Notes under the pieces: generated by a model
Told to the model about the DNA's origin: nothing
Seen by the model: only the letters and a program-made list of their open reading frames with translations
The model's database searches: none
Program-made: the position numbers and the translations under genes
Assembly (NCBI GenBank): GCA_900315635.1
Contig: OMZV01000012.1
Location: 7,109 to 71,108 of the forward strand
Source of the DNA: an uncultured Prevotella sp.
GTDB taxonomy: Bacteria > Bacteroidota > Bacteroidia > Bacteroidales > Bacteroidaceae
DNA: 64,000 bases
Direction of reading: 5' to 3'
Part shown: piece after piece, positions 63,306 through 64,000 of the stretch
How the letters are laid out: each line of letters opens with the position of its first letter
Position numbering within the stretch: position 1 is the first letter of the stretch

Positions 63306-64000
63306 ATGAGAATAGAAATCAATGAGCCACAAGCTATTTGGGAAGTTGGACAACAGACCGAACAGCAAGATTTTATCTATCCACGGAAAGGTGAAGCCGA
63401 CCAGGCAGACCGTATTTTCATCGTCAGCAACGGACACAGTTCCGATGGGAAGACAAGTCAGGACATCATAAAGAATATATCAGGATATTTCAAGCGCTAC
63501 CGCACGGCAAACGGCGATATAAGCGACGATGACATTCGTGCCGCTATCGACACATGCCGCAATGCTGACGGCAACTCATGGCCTACAGGCATTTCGTTCG
63601 TCATGATTTGCCTCCATCACGAAGGCATGACTATCGTCAGCGTCGGCAATTGCCATATCTATCAGATTCGTCCGTCGGCAAAGCGCATGGTCTATGAGAA
63701 CAAAGGCAGCGAAAAAGCAACGTTTGCCAATCCGGCAATATACCACACCGAGGACATCGAAGAAGGCGATTACTTCTATCTTTGCACCAGTGGAATGCTG
63801 GAGCAGTCCGACAGTGCCGCTGTTCTCAAGTTCTTCTGTGAAGAGGGCTCTAACGACAAGAAGCGTAACATTCTGCGCTCATCGACAGCCTCGAACAAAT
63901 CCAACCACGCTGCTTACTTCTTCAATGTAAGAAGCATTATAAGTGATGACGGCAAGGAACTGACCGGACGACGCAATATTGTCATTCCGGAAATCAAGTC
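63306..64000 (+). CDS. PP2C/PPM-fold protein with degenerate metal ligands; runs off the window end
   Basis: Manual translation of an open frame from ATG 63306: MRIEINEPQAIWEVGQQTEQQD...IVSNGHSS...VGNCHIY...YLCTSGMLE; not listed in the ORF track. Confidence 0.7.
   Translation, partial: MRIEINEPQAIWEVGQQTEQQDFIYPRKGEADQADRIFIVSNGHSSDGKTSQDIIKNISGYFKRYRTANGDISDDDIRAAIDTCRNADGNSWPTGISFVMICLHHEGMTIVSVGNCHIYQIRPSAKRMVYENKGSEKATFANPAIYHTEDIEEGDYFYLCTSGMLEQSDSAAVLKFFCEEGSNDKKRNILRSSTASNKSNHAAYFFNVRSIISDDGKELTGRRNIVIPEIK

Overview
Chromosomal window from a Bacteroidota organism, most likely Prevotellaceae. This rests on TAnnTTTG -7 promoter boxes, the atpD-C-I-B-E-F-H-A-G gene order and a T9SS-type C-terminal domain. 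Most of it is housekeeping: eno, the F1Fo ATP synthase operon, pfkA, uvrD/pcrA, mtgA, proS, smpB, a MATE pump, mutS2, ppiD, lptC, lnb-like and secA. Accessory parts are (i) an AT-rich cassette with a 1482-aa BspA/LRR surface protein and an 86-aa peptide, (ii) a HaeIII-family (GGCC) type II R-M pair, and (iii) a complete type I-C CRISPR-Cas locus with 49 repeats and 48 spacers. The least explained structures are non-coding. Downstream of eno there is an exact 79-bp inverted copy of enolase coding sequence among tandem-repeat blocks, plus a triplicated eno 3' end whose distal copy differs only synonymously. A four-unit, 22-bp-phased repeat element occurs at three loci with mixed unit orientations. 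Two pairs of CRISPR spacers re-target the same site in divergent variants. Also noted are in-frame repeat insertions in a MATE and a GT4 gene, a 59-aa SecA insertion and a probable PP2C pseudophosphatase. All counts were made by hand and no database searches were run.
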